Below, piece after piece: positions 10,935 to 21,332 of a DNA stretch of 64,000 nt (within the stretch, counting starts at the first letter, position 1; every line of letters begins with the position of its first letter). The stretch comes from Lachnospiraceae bacterium (GTDB lineage: Bacteria > Bacillota > Clostridia > Lachnospirales > Lachnospiraceae): assembly GCA_014804445.1 (NCBI GenBank), contig JAAUZU010000032.1, forward strand, positions 9,540 to 73,539, read 5' to 3'. The notes under the pieces were generated by a model. It was not told the origin of the DNA. It did no database searches and worked only from the letters and a program-made list of their open reading frames with translations. The position numbers were made by a program, and so were the translations under genes.

Positions 10935-13017
10935 ATACTTTACGCTTCCTTTCTCTTTTTACAAATCCTATACTAGTTGCACAAATGACTTTATCAAACA
11001 GCATGAACATGGCCGGCAGTGCCAGAATGACACTAAACATACTGACTACTGCGCCTCTTGCCATCAGGCTGCACAGCGAACTGATAATATCCACATCGGA
11101 GTAGAGCGCTACGCCGAAGGTTGCGGAAAACAGTCCCATTGCACTGACAATAATTGAGGGCACCGATACCTTCAGTGCATTTGCAACCGCTGTCCGCTTA
11201 TCCTGTCCCTCATATCTTTCAGTCTTGTAGCGGGTCGTCATCAGAATGGCGTAATCCACGGTCGCGCCTAACTGAATGGTGCTGATACAGATAGGAGCAA
11301 TAAACGGAAGTGACGTTCCCATATAATGCGCCAGTCCAAGGTTGATAAAGATGGAAAACTCAATAACTGACACAAGGATAAACGGCAATGTAATACTCTT
11401 TTCCACCAGTGCAATGATCATAAAGATTGCTATAATAGAAACCGCATTAACCACCTTAAAATCATTGTCTGTTATCTCAATCAGGTCTTTGGTACAGGGT
11501 GCCTCACCAATCAGCATGCCTGCAGGATCATATTTTTTCAGGATAGCATTCAACTCCGTTATCTGTGCATTTACTTCATCACTTGCCGTTTTATACTCGG
11601 AATTGACCAGCAAAAGCTCCCATCTATCACTCTTTAGCACGCTGCTTATGGACTGCGGAATCATCTCCTCAGGCACCAGCGAGCCGACCACCGACTCCAT
11701 TCCCAGTGCATATTTTATGCCGTCCACTGCTTCCATTTCTTTCAGCATCTGCCGCACGTCCTGCGCCGGCACGCTTGTGTTTACCAGTACCATGTGAGTT
11801 GCACCCACGCCGAAGCTTTCCTGAAGCTTTGTGTTTGCAATCACATATTCCATATCCTCCGGCAGGCTGTCGCCCAAATCATAGTAGACTTCATTGTTTG
11901 TCTTACTGTAACCGATATACGCCGGCACCAGTATGACTAAAAATAATGCAATGAATATCCAGCATTTTCCGGTTACAAATCCCGCCAGTTTTTCCGCCTG
12001 CGGTATCAGCGATTTATGATGCGTTTTGTTTAAAAGCTTATCCAGCGCCAGTATCATAGCCGGCAGAGTGGTAACGCAGCCGATAACACCGATTACAACG
12101 CCCTTCGCCATCACGACGCCCAAATCCATACCCAGCGTGTAGCTCATAAAGCACAGAGCGATAAATCCTGCAACTGTGGTGATGGAGCTTCCCACTACGG
12201 AAGAAACGGTTTTTCCGATTGCCTCTGCCATCGCTGTTTTATTGTCCTGACAGTAATTTTTCTGTTCCTCGTAGCTGTGCCACAGAAAGATGGAATAATC
12301 CATCGTGACAGCAAGCTGTAAGACTGCGGAAAGCGCTTTTGTCAAATAGGAAATTTCACCCAAAAAGTAATTGGTTCCCATGTTCAGCAGAATTGCCATT
12401 CCTATACTTATCAAAAATACAAATGGGATAATCCAGTTGTTCATAAACAACATCATAGCGGCACAGGCAAGCAGGACCGCCAGCCCTACATAGATGGGCT
12501 CCTCTTTTTCACATAAATCCCTTAAATCCGTAACCATGGCGGACATACCTGCGACAAAACACTGCTTTCCGGCAACACTGCGGATATGGCCAATTGCCTC
12601 CATGGTCTCATCCTCCGAGGTTGTTGTGTCAAAAAAAATCGCCAGCAAGGTTGCATTACCTGAATTAAAAGCCTCATAGTATTTATCCGGCAGAAGTTCC
12701 ATTGGTATGGATATATCCATCAGACTGTCATACCAGAGTACGGTATCCACGTGCTTCACTTCCTCCATGGAAGCCTTGAGCGCTGCCACTTCTTTTGGCT
12801 TCATATTCTCAATGATAACAAAAGAAAATGCGCCCTTTCCGAAATCCTCCATTAAAATATCCTGTCCGATTACAGTGTCAATGTCCTTTGGCAGATACGT
12901 CAGCATGTCATAATTGATTCTGGTGCTTTCCATTCCGATAACGGAAGGTATCAAAAGAAGCACCGCCAAAATCAAAATCGGTATCCGGTATTTTACAACC
13001 GCTTTTCCAAATTTCAT
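10918..13017 (-). CDS. MMPL/RND family transporter
   Basis: Two repeats with QLAVTMDYSIF and QLGATVDYAIL motifs. Confidence 0.9.
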   Translation of the reverse strand: MKFGKAVVKYRIPILILAVLLLIPSVIGMESTRINYDMLTYLPKDIDTVIGQDILMEDFGKGAFSFVIIENMKPKEVAALKASMEEVKHVDTVLWYDSLMDISIPMELLPDKYYEAFNSGNATLLAIFFDTTTSEDETMEAIGHIRSVAGKQCFVAGMSAMVTDLRDLCEKEEPIYVGLAVLLACAAMMLFMNNWIIPFVFLISIGMAILLNMGTNYFLGEISYLTKALSAVLQLAVTMDYSIFLWHSYEEQKNYCQDNKTAMAEAIGKTVSSVVGSSITTVAGFIALCFMSYTLGMDLGVVMAKGVVIGVIGCVTTLPAMILALDKLLNKTHHKSLIPQAEKLAGFVTGKCWIFIALFLVILVPAYIGYSKTNNEVYYDLGDSLPEDMEYVIANTKLQESFGVGATHMVLVNTSVPAQDVRQMLKEMEAVDGIKYALGMESVVGSLVPEEMIPQSISSVLKSDRWELLLVNSEYKTASDEVNAQITELNAILKKYDPAGMLIGEAPCTKDLIEITDNDFKVVNAVSIIAIFMIIALVEKSITLPFILVSVIEFSIFINLGLAHYMGTSLPFIAPICISTIQLGATVDYAILMTTRYKTERYEGQDKRTAVANALKVSVPSIIVSAMGLFSATFGVALYSDVDIISSLCSLMARGAVVSMFSVILALPAMFMLFDKVICATSIGFVKRERKRKVYVECQ

Positions 13018-13577
13018 TTGTTTTTCCTTCCTTTCCCAAAACTTTTTAAAGCGCAGATTGCAACGCTTAAGTTCAATGCGCCGTCCAAAATGAAGGCGCC
13101 GCCTGCCGCTATCGTTGTACCTTCCTCACGAACAGCCGGATAAAAGATAAGCAGAACGCCCAAAGCACTTGCCAACATTGCAAGACCTCCTATAAGCCAC
13201 CACGGTCTTATTCCAAACCTTTTGGCATCCACCGCCGTCTGCATTTTTAAAAGTCCATCCGCCAGCATCAGGATTCCGAAAAGCTGCTCAAAATGGCGCG
13301 GACTGCCGCCTTCTTTTATCAGCATGAGAAGCCCGATTACTGCTACAAACAGTCCCATGGCAAAATCAAACTGAAAAGCAAGCTGATACATATCTTTGGA
13401 AAAATAACCGGTCAGTTTGATCGCACCACATACAAGAAACAGCCCTCCGCAGACATTTGTCAGCGCAGCCGCGGACACTTTCCGGTAAAACATCAGGAAT
13501 ATGCCCACCGCACAAAATGCTGCAGATATCAGAACGTATCCTATTTTTGCAAAGCGCACTGTTTTTGTGGTATTCAT
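13014..13577 (-). CDS. DUF308/HdeD-like membrane protein
   Basis: About six short TM helices with Gly-rich repeats. Confidence 0.7.
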   Translation of the reverse strand: MNTTKTVRFAKIGYVLISAAFCAVGIFLMFYRKVSAAALTNVCGGLFLVCGAIKLTGYFSKDMYQLAFQFDFAMGLFVAVIGLLMLIKEGGSPRHFEQLFGILMLADGLLKMQTAVDAKRFGIRPWWLIGGLAMLASALGVLLIFYPAVREEGTTIAAGGAFILDGALNLSVAICALKSFGKGRKNK

Positions 13578-13716
13578 ACTCTTCTTCGCCTCCTTCGCCC
13601 TTTATTCTAGCTGTCCTTTTCCCCTTTGAAAACAGACAACAAAAAGGCAGTGTACAAAATTCGTACACCGCCATTTGATTATCCAAAATTTAGGCATTTG
13701 AGGCAAAATGCCCAAA

Positions 13717-14274
13717 TCAGCCCTCCACTCGCTTCAGCGCTTCCTCGATATTACCCTTTAACATAACGCCAAGCCGCCTGATTAAAGGCTCCGGCGAATA
13801 CTTCATGCCGCTGTTCAGCCACTCCAGTGTCATACCCACCAGCGCCGACTTATAAAAATCCGCAATCAGTTTTTTGTCTTCTTCCTTCGCCTTGCCGCCC
13901 TCTGCTGCCGCTTCCACATAGTGCAGCATAACGTCACCCGCAATATTGTACAGATACTTTTCCGCATCTTCTCTCTGCACGGAATTATAAATGTGATAGA
14001 CTACCTTTTTGTTCTGCAGGGCAAACTGCGCCGCCCTGATAAAATCCTCCTCCCACGAAATCATCTCCTCCTGCCTGCCCATCAGTACCCTCTGTGTCTC
14101 TCCATTCAATATCATTTTCACCAGAGAAGGAATATCCTCAAAATGATAGTAAAAGGTATTGCGGTTAATTCCACAATCCTCCACAATGTCCTTAATCGTA
14201 ATTTTATCCAGTGGTTTTTCATTCAAAAGCTTTATCAGGGATTCCGCTATCGCCTTTTCCGTAAACTGCGCCAT
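13717..14274 (-). CDS. TetR/AcrR family regulator
   Basis: KITIKDIVEDCGINRNTFYYHFEDI HTH. Confidence 0.92.
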   Translation of the reverse strand: MAQFTEKAIAESLIKLLNEKPLDKITIKDIVEDCGINRNTFYYHFEDIPSLVKMILNGETQRVLMGRQEEMISWEEDFIRAAQFALQNKKVVYHIYNSVQREDAEKYLYNIAGDVMLHYVEAAAEGGKAKEEDKKLIADFYKSALVGMTLEWLNSGMKYSPEPLIRRLGVMLKGNIEEALKRVEG

Positions 14275-14410
14275 ACCGCACCTCCGCCTACACTTATAAT
14301 ACCGGATACTTTCCGCATTCTCGGAAAATTATAGCACAGTGGACTTGCCAAAGTCCAATTAACAAATTCTAAAGGAACGTCAAAATATCAAAAACGTAGC
14401 ACAAGATGCA

Positions 14411-14453
14411 AAAACAGCGAATTTCCATTGCCTTCAAAGAAATCCGCTGTTTT
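14411..14453 (-). terminator. Intrinsic terminator downstream of tRNA-Gly
   Basis: AAAACAGCG...CGCTGTTTT inverted repeat with T tail on minus strand. Confidence 0.65.
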
Positions 14454-14469
14454 ATAAGATATTCTTTAG

Positions 14470-14540
14470 AGCAGCTAGCGGGAATCGAACCCGTCTCTCC
14501 AGCTTGGGAAGCTAGCATTCTACCGATGAACTATAGCTGC
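14470..14540 (-). tRNA. tRNA-Gly (anticodon CCC), CCA not encoded
   Basis: GCAGCTA/TAGCTGC acceptor stem, anticodon loop TTCCCAA, GGTTCGATTCC T-arm, 71 nt. Confidence 0.93.
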
Positions 14541-14609
14541 GTATCTGAAAGGTATTATACTACACCCTTCAGAAAAAAGCCACAAAAAAGTGAATTTTGT
14601 TTTAAACTT

Positions 14610-15779
14610 TTATTGAGTGTTTGCCACAATATCCGCAAGTTCCCGCAGCTCTTTTTCCACTCTCTCATCCATTGTGGAGCGGATTGACACTACCGGCTCT
14701 ACGATATTGATGTCCTTCATTTCCTCCAAAAGCTTACGCATACTCTTTGCCGCCATAGGCGCCCAGGAACCATTTTCCACCAGGCCGACTGTCCTTTTCT
14801 GGAATCCTTTTGCCTTCAAATGATGTAAGAAGTCTTCCATGCAGGGGAAAATTCCACCGTCATAGGTTGCGCAGCACAATACCATTCTGTCATACCGGAA
14901 CGCATCCTCAATCACTTCCGCCACATCCTCTCTCGTAAGATCGGCTGTAACCACCTTTGCAACACCGTTTTCCCGCAGCATATCGGCAAACCTTGCCGCT
15001 GCCTGCGCCGTATTACCGTGAATGGAAGCAAAAGCAACCAGCACGCCCGTATCCTCCGCACGGTAGCTGCTCCATGTATCATATTTTTCGATATAGTAAG
15101 ACAGGTTTTCCTTTAATACCGGACCGTGCAACGGACAAATGATCTGAATGTCCAACGCTGCCGCCTTCTTTAAAAGTGCCTGCACCATTGCGCCATATTT
15201 TCCCACAATATTGAAATAATAACGCCTTGCCTCGCAAGCCCAGTCCTCCTCTGTATCAAGCGCACCAAACTTGCCGAAACCATCCGCAGAAAACAGCACC
15301 TTGTCCGTCTGTTCATAAGTCACCATGACCTCCGGCCAATGCACCATGGGCGCCATAAAAAACTGCAGAGTGTGCTGTCCCAGACACAAGGTTTCTCCCT
15401 CCGAAACTACCACCTTTTTATCCTCTATATCCAGTTTGAAAAACTGCGGAAACATAGAAAATGTCTTGGCATTTCCTACCAGCTTCATCTCGGGGTATGC
15501 AGAGACAATCGCCGCAATGCTGCCGGCATGGTCCGGCTCAAGATGAGAAATCACGAGATAATCCGGCGCATTTCCCGCCAGTTCTTCCTTCACCTGCAAA
15601 AGCCATTCGTCCGTTTTTCTCGCATCAACGGTATCCATCAGCGCTATCTTCTCATCCATAATCAGGTAGGAATTGTAAGACACGCCGTTTGGCACAATAT
15701 ACTGCGATTCAAACAAATCGATTTCCCTGTCGTTTACCCCTACATAACGAATATCCTTTGTAACCTCTGTCCTGCTCAT
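14610..15779 (-). CDS. fprA: FprA-family flavodiiron protein
   Basis: SHLEPDH, MVHWPE, FSADGFG, PLHGP, flavodoxin C-terminus. Confidence 0.92.
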   Translation of the reverse strand: MSRTEVTKDIRYVGVNDREIDLFESQYIVPNGVSYNSYLIMDEKIALMDTVDARKTDEWLLQVKEELAGNAPDYLVISHLEPDHAGSIAAIVSAYPEMKLVGNAKTFSMFPQFFKLDIEDKKVVVSEGETLCLGQHTLQFFMAPMVHWPEVMVTYEQTDKVLFSADGFGKFGALDTEEDWACEARRYYFNIVGKYGAMVQALLKKAAALDIQIICPLHGPVLKENLSYYIEKYDTWSSYRAEDTGVLVAFASIHGNTAQAAARFADMLRENGVAKVVTADLTREDVAEVIEDAFRYDRMVLCCATYDGGIFPCMEDFLHHLKAKGFQKRTVGLVENGSWAPMAAKSMRKLLEEMKDINIVEPVVSIRSTMDERVEKELRELADIVANTQ

Positions 15780-15812
15780 AAGCCTGTTTTCCTCTCTTCC
15801 TTTATTTTTACA

Positions 15813-16562
15813 TCATTCTGTTACAATACCCAGCATATTAAGCCCTTGCAGAATATTTTCCTCCTGCAGGGCGCCTACGCCGTATGCTACAAGATTCCCT
15901 TCGGCATCGATAAAATATGTGGCAGGTATGGAACTTACATAATAGGCATATGCCGCTTCCTGATTTGTATCAAAGTAGACAGGAAAAGTATAATCCGCCT
16001 GCTGCACATAGTCAAGAGCCGTCGCAATGGTTTCGCGGCTGCCGTCCGTCAGATTTACCATCATAAAAACTACTTCTTCTCCGTAGGTGTCGTACATATT
16101 CTGAAAAAACGGCATCTCGCTTTTGCATGGCCCGCACCAGCTTGCCCAGAAATTCAGAACGACAGGCTTACCCACAAAGTCCGAAAGCTTTACCTCTTCC
16201 TCCGCCTCATTCACCACCGTAAAATCGGGTGCTTTCGCGCTATCTTCCGTTGCTGTATTATCCTCACCGCTATTGTCCGTTTTCTCACCGTCAACTGCGT
16301 CATTGCTGCCCGCACCACTGCTGTCGGTTCGGCTGCCGGTCCCATCGCTTCTGTCCCCTGCTCCCTGCTCTCCTCCGGTCCCGCTGCCTTCTGTATCCTG
16401 CTGCCCTCCGGTCCCGCTGCCATTCTCCTCCTTGTCAACCTTTGTCAGCGCATCAGGACGATATTTCTCCGCAAGTCCTTTATAAAGGAAAGTGCTTCCT
16501 CCTATAAGCAATGCCAAAACAATGATGCCAATCACTAATTTTCCATATTTTCTCATTTTCAC
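15813..16562 (-). CDS. TlpA/ResA-like thiol-disulfide oxidoreductase with Gly/Ser/Thr-rich linker
   Basis: LNFWASWCGPCKSEMP; N-terminal TM. Confidence 0.9.
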   Translation of the reverse strand: MKMRKYGKLVIGIIVLALLIGGSTFLYKGLAEKYRPDALTKVDKEENGSGTGGQQDTEGSGTGGEQGAGDRSDGTGSRTDSSGAGSNDAVDGEKTDNSGEDNTATEDSAKAPDFTVVNEAEEEVKLSDFVGKPVVLNFWASWCGPCKSEMPFFQNMYDTYGEEVVFMMVNLTDGSRETIATALDYVQQADYTFPVYFDTNQEAAYAYYVSSIPATYFIDAEGNLVAYGVGALQEENILQGLNMLGIVTE

Positions 16563-16651
16563 ACCCCTGCATATCGCAAGCTGATACCCATCTGCGCGCT
16601 ACAGCGCGTACTCAAATCAATAGTTGAATGTCCCATATCCGCTTTAACGGA

Positions 16652-17326
16652 TCATTGCACCATACTGCCCAGCACGGCAAGCAGTCTGCCGAACAGACCG
16701 GTCATCATGCTGATACCTACAATAATCAGAAAAATACCACAAATCCGATTAATCCACAAGTAGTTTCTTTTGATAAACCGAAAAGTTTCCTTCAATCTGT
16801 CCAGAAGCAGGGCGCTGGCCAAAAAAGGAATCCCAAGCCCCATGGAATACAGCAGAAGCATAAGAAGCCCCTCTGCCATGGTTCCCCTCTCGGATGCCAG
16901 CATAAGCGCCGAGCCCAGAAAAGCACCCACGCAGGGCGTCCAGCCAATCGAAAAAATCATACCGAACAAAAACGTAGACGCTATATTGCCCGGTTTTATC
17001 TGTACGTCCGGCTTTTTTGTCTTATTGAGAAATCCGATTTTCAAAATCCCGCTGAAGTTAAGGCCAAAAATCACCACAATACCGCCTGTGACCAGGTTCA
17101 CCGCCGTTTTATACCTCTGCAGGGCGGCACCCACCGTCCCCGCAAACGCGCCCAGCGCCAAAAATACTACGGTGAAACCCGCGATAAATGCAAGCGCATT
17201 GCAAAATGTCCGCTTCCTGTTGTTTTCGCCTCCGGCAAAATAGGAAATGTACACCGGCAGCATGGGCAGCAGACAGGGCGAAACAAACGTAATGATTCCC
17301 TCCAAAAACGCGATAAAATATTGCAT
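16652..17326 (-). CDS. ccdA: CcdA/DsbD-type disulfide transporter
   Basis: SPCLLPMLP and WTPCVG motifs. Confidence 0.92.
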   Translation of the reverse strand: MQYFIAFLEGIITFVSPCLLPMLPVYISYFAGGENNRKRTFCNALAFIAGFTVVFLALGAFAGTVGAALQRYKTAVNLVTGGIVVIFGLNFSGILKIGFLNKTKKPDVQIKPGNIASTFLFGMIFSIGWTPCVGAFLGSALMLASERGTMAEGLLMLLLYSMGLGIPFLASALLLDRLKETFRFIKRNYLWINRICGIFLIIVGISMMTGLFGRLLAVLGSMVQ

Positions 17327-17480
17327 ATCGTGTCAGGTTCCTTTCTTTATTGCAGAATATTCTTCCCAAAATCAATTTATATTTTAATGCTTATATTATA
17401 AACCGCCGGCCTCACTTTTACAACATAGATATACTATGCAAAAAAGACGCGCTTTTTTGTCAAAACGCGTCTCTTTCTGC

Positions 17481-19385
17481 TTATGCCATATTTTCTTTTT
17501 TGTAATACTGCGCCTGTGCGTGCCAGAGCGCATAATACTTGCCGTCCGTATCGGCAAGCAGTTTCTCATGACTGCCGCGCTGACAGACTCTGCCCTTGTC
17601 GAAAACTGCAATTTCATCGCAGAAACGGCAGGACGCCAGCCTGTGGCTGATATAGATAGCAGTGCGCTCTCCCACAATTTCGTTGAATTTGGTATAAACT
17701 TCATATTCGGCAACAGGATCTAACGCTGCTGTGGGCTCGTCAAGAATCAGAAACGCCGCATCTTTGTAGAGCGCTCTGGCAATGGCAATTTTCTGCGCCT
17801 CACCGCCGGAAATTTCCACGCCCCCTTCGTCAAAATCTTTATAAAGATAGGTCTCCAGCCCATCCTTCATGCGGGAAACCCGCTCCCCGACTCCCGCTTC
17901 TTGTAGACATGCTTTTGCCTTGTCTGCATCGTAGTCCATTCCCGCCGCTACATTCTGTCCCAACGGAAACGCAAACAGCTTATAATCCTGAAACACGACT
18001 GAAAAAATGGACATATATTCCCTGTGGCTGTATTTTCTGATGTCAATTCCGTTTAACCTTATCTCGCCCTCCGTGGGGTCATACAGCCTGCAGAGCAGCT
18101 TGATAAAAGTGGTTTTTCCGGAACCGTTTTCCCCTACCACAGCCAGTTTTTCTCCTACCCTGAATTTCAAGGATACATTTTTGAGCACGTCTATTTCCGT
18201 ATCCGGATACCGGAAGCTGACGTTGCAGAATTCGATTTCATAGTTGCAATCCCGCCGCTTCTCCGTCGTCAGGCTTCCCTTGTACATATCGTCCGGTATA
18301 TCCAGAAATTCGAAGGTATCCTGCAAGAAGGCAGCATTCGTGCGCATTTCTCCCAACTGGCGCAGCAGGGTTGCCATTGTTTCATAAAGCAAGGTTACTG
18401 CTCCAATATACTGTGTCACTTCCCCCACATCGAATGCACCTGCCCATGCCTTGATGCAGACAAAAAGATAAACCGCACCTGTGAATACCCGTCCAACCAT
18501 ATCGGACGCTGCATGGAGAAGTCCGCCGGCGCCTCTGGCACTTTTGGCAATCGGTGATTTAATACCAAAACTTATACCATCGGCTTCCTTCATCTTTTTG
18601 CGAAACAAATTATCCTGCCTGTAGACACGTACATCAAGCGCTCTGTGGTGTTCATAACCCGCACGTCCAAAAAAGCCAAAGGCACGGTTTCCAAATCTTG
18701 CCTGTTCGGAATATCCTACCCAGTAGTCATCCGCACGTCTGACAAGTGCAGGTGAAAGTAACACTGCACCAAGCAGCAGCCCAAAAAGCAGTATGTTTAC
18801 CAACGGACTGTTGATTATTGCAAGGCCGCCCTCCGTCTTTGATACGGCCCTTGTAAACAACGGTAATGACAATACTGCCGCACCGGCAATACCGACAGTC
18901 CCATCTATCAGGAATCCATAGCCAACCTGCCACAGTGTCCTGCGCAGTCCCCAGTTTGACCAGTTGTCATTCTGCTGAATCTTGGCAAACAAATCCCTCG
19001 TATGGGAACTGTCAAGCGAGGCAAAATCCATGGAAAGCAGCTTTTCATTATACATGCAGTTTACCCCTTCATAAGCCGTCCATAATAACGCGGAATTCCA
19101 ATGTGCCAGAACTGCTTTTGCCACCCCAAGGAACACGTTCAGCAGAAGCAGGGACAGAATCAGGGAAAACAGCCTTTCCGGATTTCTTTCTCCAGCCAGT
19201 TCCCCGATAATTCTGGCGGAAAACCAGATATTAATGTAAGGCGTGGCAGTATTCATAACACGAGTTAAAATATTAGTAGCAAACATCTGCGGATATTTTT
19301 CCCACCAAAGCTTCATGGCGCGATTATTCAACCGAAAAGCTTCCCTCCACGTCATTTTGTTTTTTTCTTTCTTTTTATCCAGCAT
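17481..19385 (-). CDS. ABC transporter, fused permease/ATPase
   Basis: GENGSGKT, ISGGEAQK, LDEPT; start after GGAGG. Confidence 0.9.
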   Translation of the reverse strand: MLDKKKEKNKMTWREAFRLNNRAMKLWWEKYPQMFATNILTRVMNTATPYINIWFSARIIGELAGERNPERLFSLILSLLLLNVFLGVAKAVLAHWNSALLWTAYEGVNCMYNEKLLSMDFASLDSSHTRDLFAKIQQNDNWSNWGLRRTLWQVGYGFLIDGTVGIAGAAVLSLPLFTRAVSKTEGGLAIINSPLVNILLFGLLLGAVLLSPALVRRADDYWVGYSEQARFGNRAFGFFGRAGYEHHRALDVRVYRQDNLFRKKMKEADGISFGIKSPIAKSARGAGGLLHAASDMVGRVFTGAVYLFVCIKAWAGAFDVGEVTQYIGAVTLLYETMATLLRQLGEMRTNAAFLQDTFEFLDIPDDMYKGSLTTEKRRDCNYEIEFCNVSFRYPDTEIDVLKNVSLKFRVGEKLAVVGENGSGKTTFIKLLCRLYDPTEGEIRLNGIDIRKYSHREYMSIFSVVFQDYKLFAFPLGQNVAAGMDYDADKAKACLQEAGVGERVSRMKDGLETYLYKDFDEGGVEISGGEAQKIAIARALYKDAAFLILDEPTAALDPVAEYEVYTKFNEIVGERTAIYISHRLASCRFCDEIAVFDKGRVCQRGSHEKLLADTDGKYYALWHAQAQYYKKENMA

Positions 19386-21234
19386 TTTCCGCACCTCCTT
19401 CCCTATAATACTGGCTCTGTATTTCAAACAAACGGGCATATTCCCCGCCTGCCGCAAGCAGACTCTCATGAGTTCCTTCTTCCCTGATACCGCCGCCATC
19501 AAGCAGAATAATCCTATCGCAGAAACGGGTAGATGCCAGTCTATGGGAAATATATACAGAGGTACAGCCGCCTGTCAGCGCGTTATATCGCTTGTACATA
19601 TCGCTTTCTGCCAACGGGTCCAGAGCCGCCGTCGGCTCATCCAGCACAATAATGGGCGCTTTCTTGTACAGGGCGCGTGCCAGCATCAGCCGCTGGCTCT
19701 CTCCGCCGGACAACTCCACAGCATCCTCATAGACCTCCCTGTTCAGTCTGGTATCGTATTTCTCCGGCAAAGCTTCTATTTTCTGTTTCAGCCCCGCCTT
19801 TTCGATACAATCCACAACTCTTTCTCTGTCTATACCTTCATCCGTCTGTGCCACATTTTCCGCAATACTGCCCGCAATCAGGGAAGATCCTTGAAACACT
19901 GCCGCAAAGTGCCGGTAATAGCTGCGCCGGTTAAACTTGCGGATATCTTCCCCATTTAAAAGCACTCTGCCCTCCGTTGGGTCAAAAAAGCCGCATATTA
20001 ACTTAATCAGCGTGGTCTTTCCCGCGCCATTCAAGCCTACCACTGCGAGTTTCTCTCCCTTTCCGATTTTCAGGTTTACGTGGTGTATCGTATCCTGTTC
20101 CGCGGACGGATAGCGGAAGCTGACATTCTGCAATTCAATTTCATAAGCGCCGCCTTCTGCCGGCTCCTGATTCTCTCCCTCTTCAAACAAAAACGGTTCC
20201 TTATACTCCAAAAACTCCCTGATGCTGGAAATATCCAGACTTTGCTTGTGCAATTCCGCCATACCCGTAAGAATTCCCTCAACCCAGGATGTAAAACCGT
20301 TTATCGCAGAAAAATAGAGTAGAAATTCCGCCGCTCCGATACTTCCTCCAAGAACCATGCGGACCAGATAAAAATATGCAACCCCACCCCGTAAAAAATT
20401 CAGCATAATATCCAGTATATTTTTTCCCAGATACGTCCTTCCTTTATACAGCAAAAACTTTTGCAGCCTGCGCAAAAACTTTTCATACAACCCGGTCAGC
20501 CAGTCCTTCATGTCAAAAATACGGACATCCTTCGCTATCGAACTGTCCTGCGACTTCCCGCTGATATAGCCCAACCTGTGATAAATAGGAAGCTGTTCCT
20601 TTTCAAGCTTGTACATCTGCCTGTTGAGCAGCAGGGTAAGTCCATAGCCTGCAAATGTTGTCAAAAGTGTCACGGCAATGACCACTATATCGACCCTTAC
20701 CAACAGACACAAATAGATTACAAATCCCAGAATATTTTGAATTAAACTCTCCAACGTATGCCAAATTGCCTCAGAAGCCTCCTGGTTAGAGCATGTAGCG
20801 CGCACCGCCTTTTCCCGCAGATTGATAAATTCCTGCTCCTCCGTATTCGGATAAGCGGTCAGATTTACTTTGTCATGCATATCGCAGATAATATTTACGC
20901 GCACCGTTATCCTGCCATAAAGCTGATTTTGCCCCACGTATGCACTGAGAGCTCCCGTCACAATCAGCCCCAGCGTAAAAAGCAGAATCGTCCCCACCAG
21001 TTTTGTAAGCGGGACTGCCGCCTCAATTCTGCCCAGTATGACAGGCACCACAAAAAGCTGAAGCAGACTTTTTGTCACCTCAAGCCCTGCCATGACGCCA
21101 ATCAGAAGCAGGACGCTCCTGCACCCACGCCACGCCTGCCCCACCATATAACAGGAATTGCTCCACATGCCGTATTTTGCTTTTTCCTTCTCTTTCTTTT
21201 CTTTTATCTTGGACTTTTCTTTCATCCGCTCCAT
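19375..21234 (-). CDS. ABC transporter, fused permease/ATPase (likely heterodimer partner)
   Basis: GLNGAGKT, LSGGESQR, LDEPT. Confidence 0.9.
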   Translation of the reverse strand: MERMKEKSKIKEKKEKEKAKYGMWSNSCYMVGQAWRGCRSVLLLIGVMAGLEVTKSLLQLFVVPVILGRIEAAVPLTKLVGTILLFTLGLIVTGALSAYVGQNQLYGRITVRVNIICDMHDKVNLTAYPNTEEQEFINLREKAVRATCSNQEASEAIWHTLESLIQNILGFVIYLCLLVRVDIVVIAVTLLTTFAGYGLTLLLNRQMYKLEKEQLPIYHRLGYISGKSQDSSIAKDVRIFDMKDWLTGLYEKFLRRLQKFLLYKGRTYLGKNILDIMLNFLRGGVAYFYLVRMVLGGSIGAAEFLLYFSAINGFTSWVEGILTGMAELHKQSLDISSIREFLEYKEPFLFEEGENQEPAEGGAYEIELQNVSFRYPSAEQDTIHHVNLKIGKGEKLAVVGLNGAGKTTLIKLICGFFDPTEGRVLLNGEDIRKFNRRSYYRHFAAVFQGSSLIAGSIAENVAQTDEGIDRERVVDCIEKAGLKQKIEALPEKYDTRLNREVYEDAVELSGGESQRLMLARALYKKAPIIVLDEPTAALDPLAESDMYKRYNALTGGCTSVYISHRLASTRFCDRIILLDGGGIREEGTHESLLAAGGEYARLFEIQSQYYREGGAENAG

Positions 21235-21275
21235 ATATCCTCCCTGTATCTGCTTTTGTACCCTGACTTTAGCAC

Positions 21276-21328
21276 AAAAAAAACCAAAGTGCGCCATTCG
21301 GGGACGAATGGCATACTTTGGGGGATAA
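21276..21328 (-). promoter_or_regulatory. Terminator hairpin overlapping putative LytTR direct repeats
   Basis: CCAAAGT..GCCATTCG/GAATGGC..ACTTTGG hairpin plus T8; minus-strand repeats TTATCCCCCAA and TCGTCCCCGAA at 21-bp period. Confidence 0.6.
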
Positions 21329-21332
21329 AAGT

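Noticed and set aside
14470-14610. tRNA-Gly as an integration site
   Set aside because: No integrase nearby and no duplicated tRNA 3' end seen in the window
16300-16425. Short repeats CTCCGGTCCCGCTGCC in tlpA
   Set aside because: Encode a GSGTGG low-complexity linker; two to three units only, not CRISPR-like
15339-16538. Long antisense ORFs (also 33344-34399, 23160-24002, 53807-54526)
   Set aside because: Shadow frames of well-supported opposite-strand genes with no recognisable motifs
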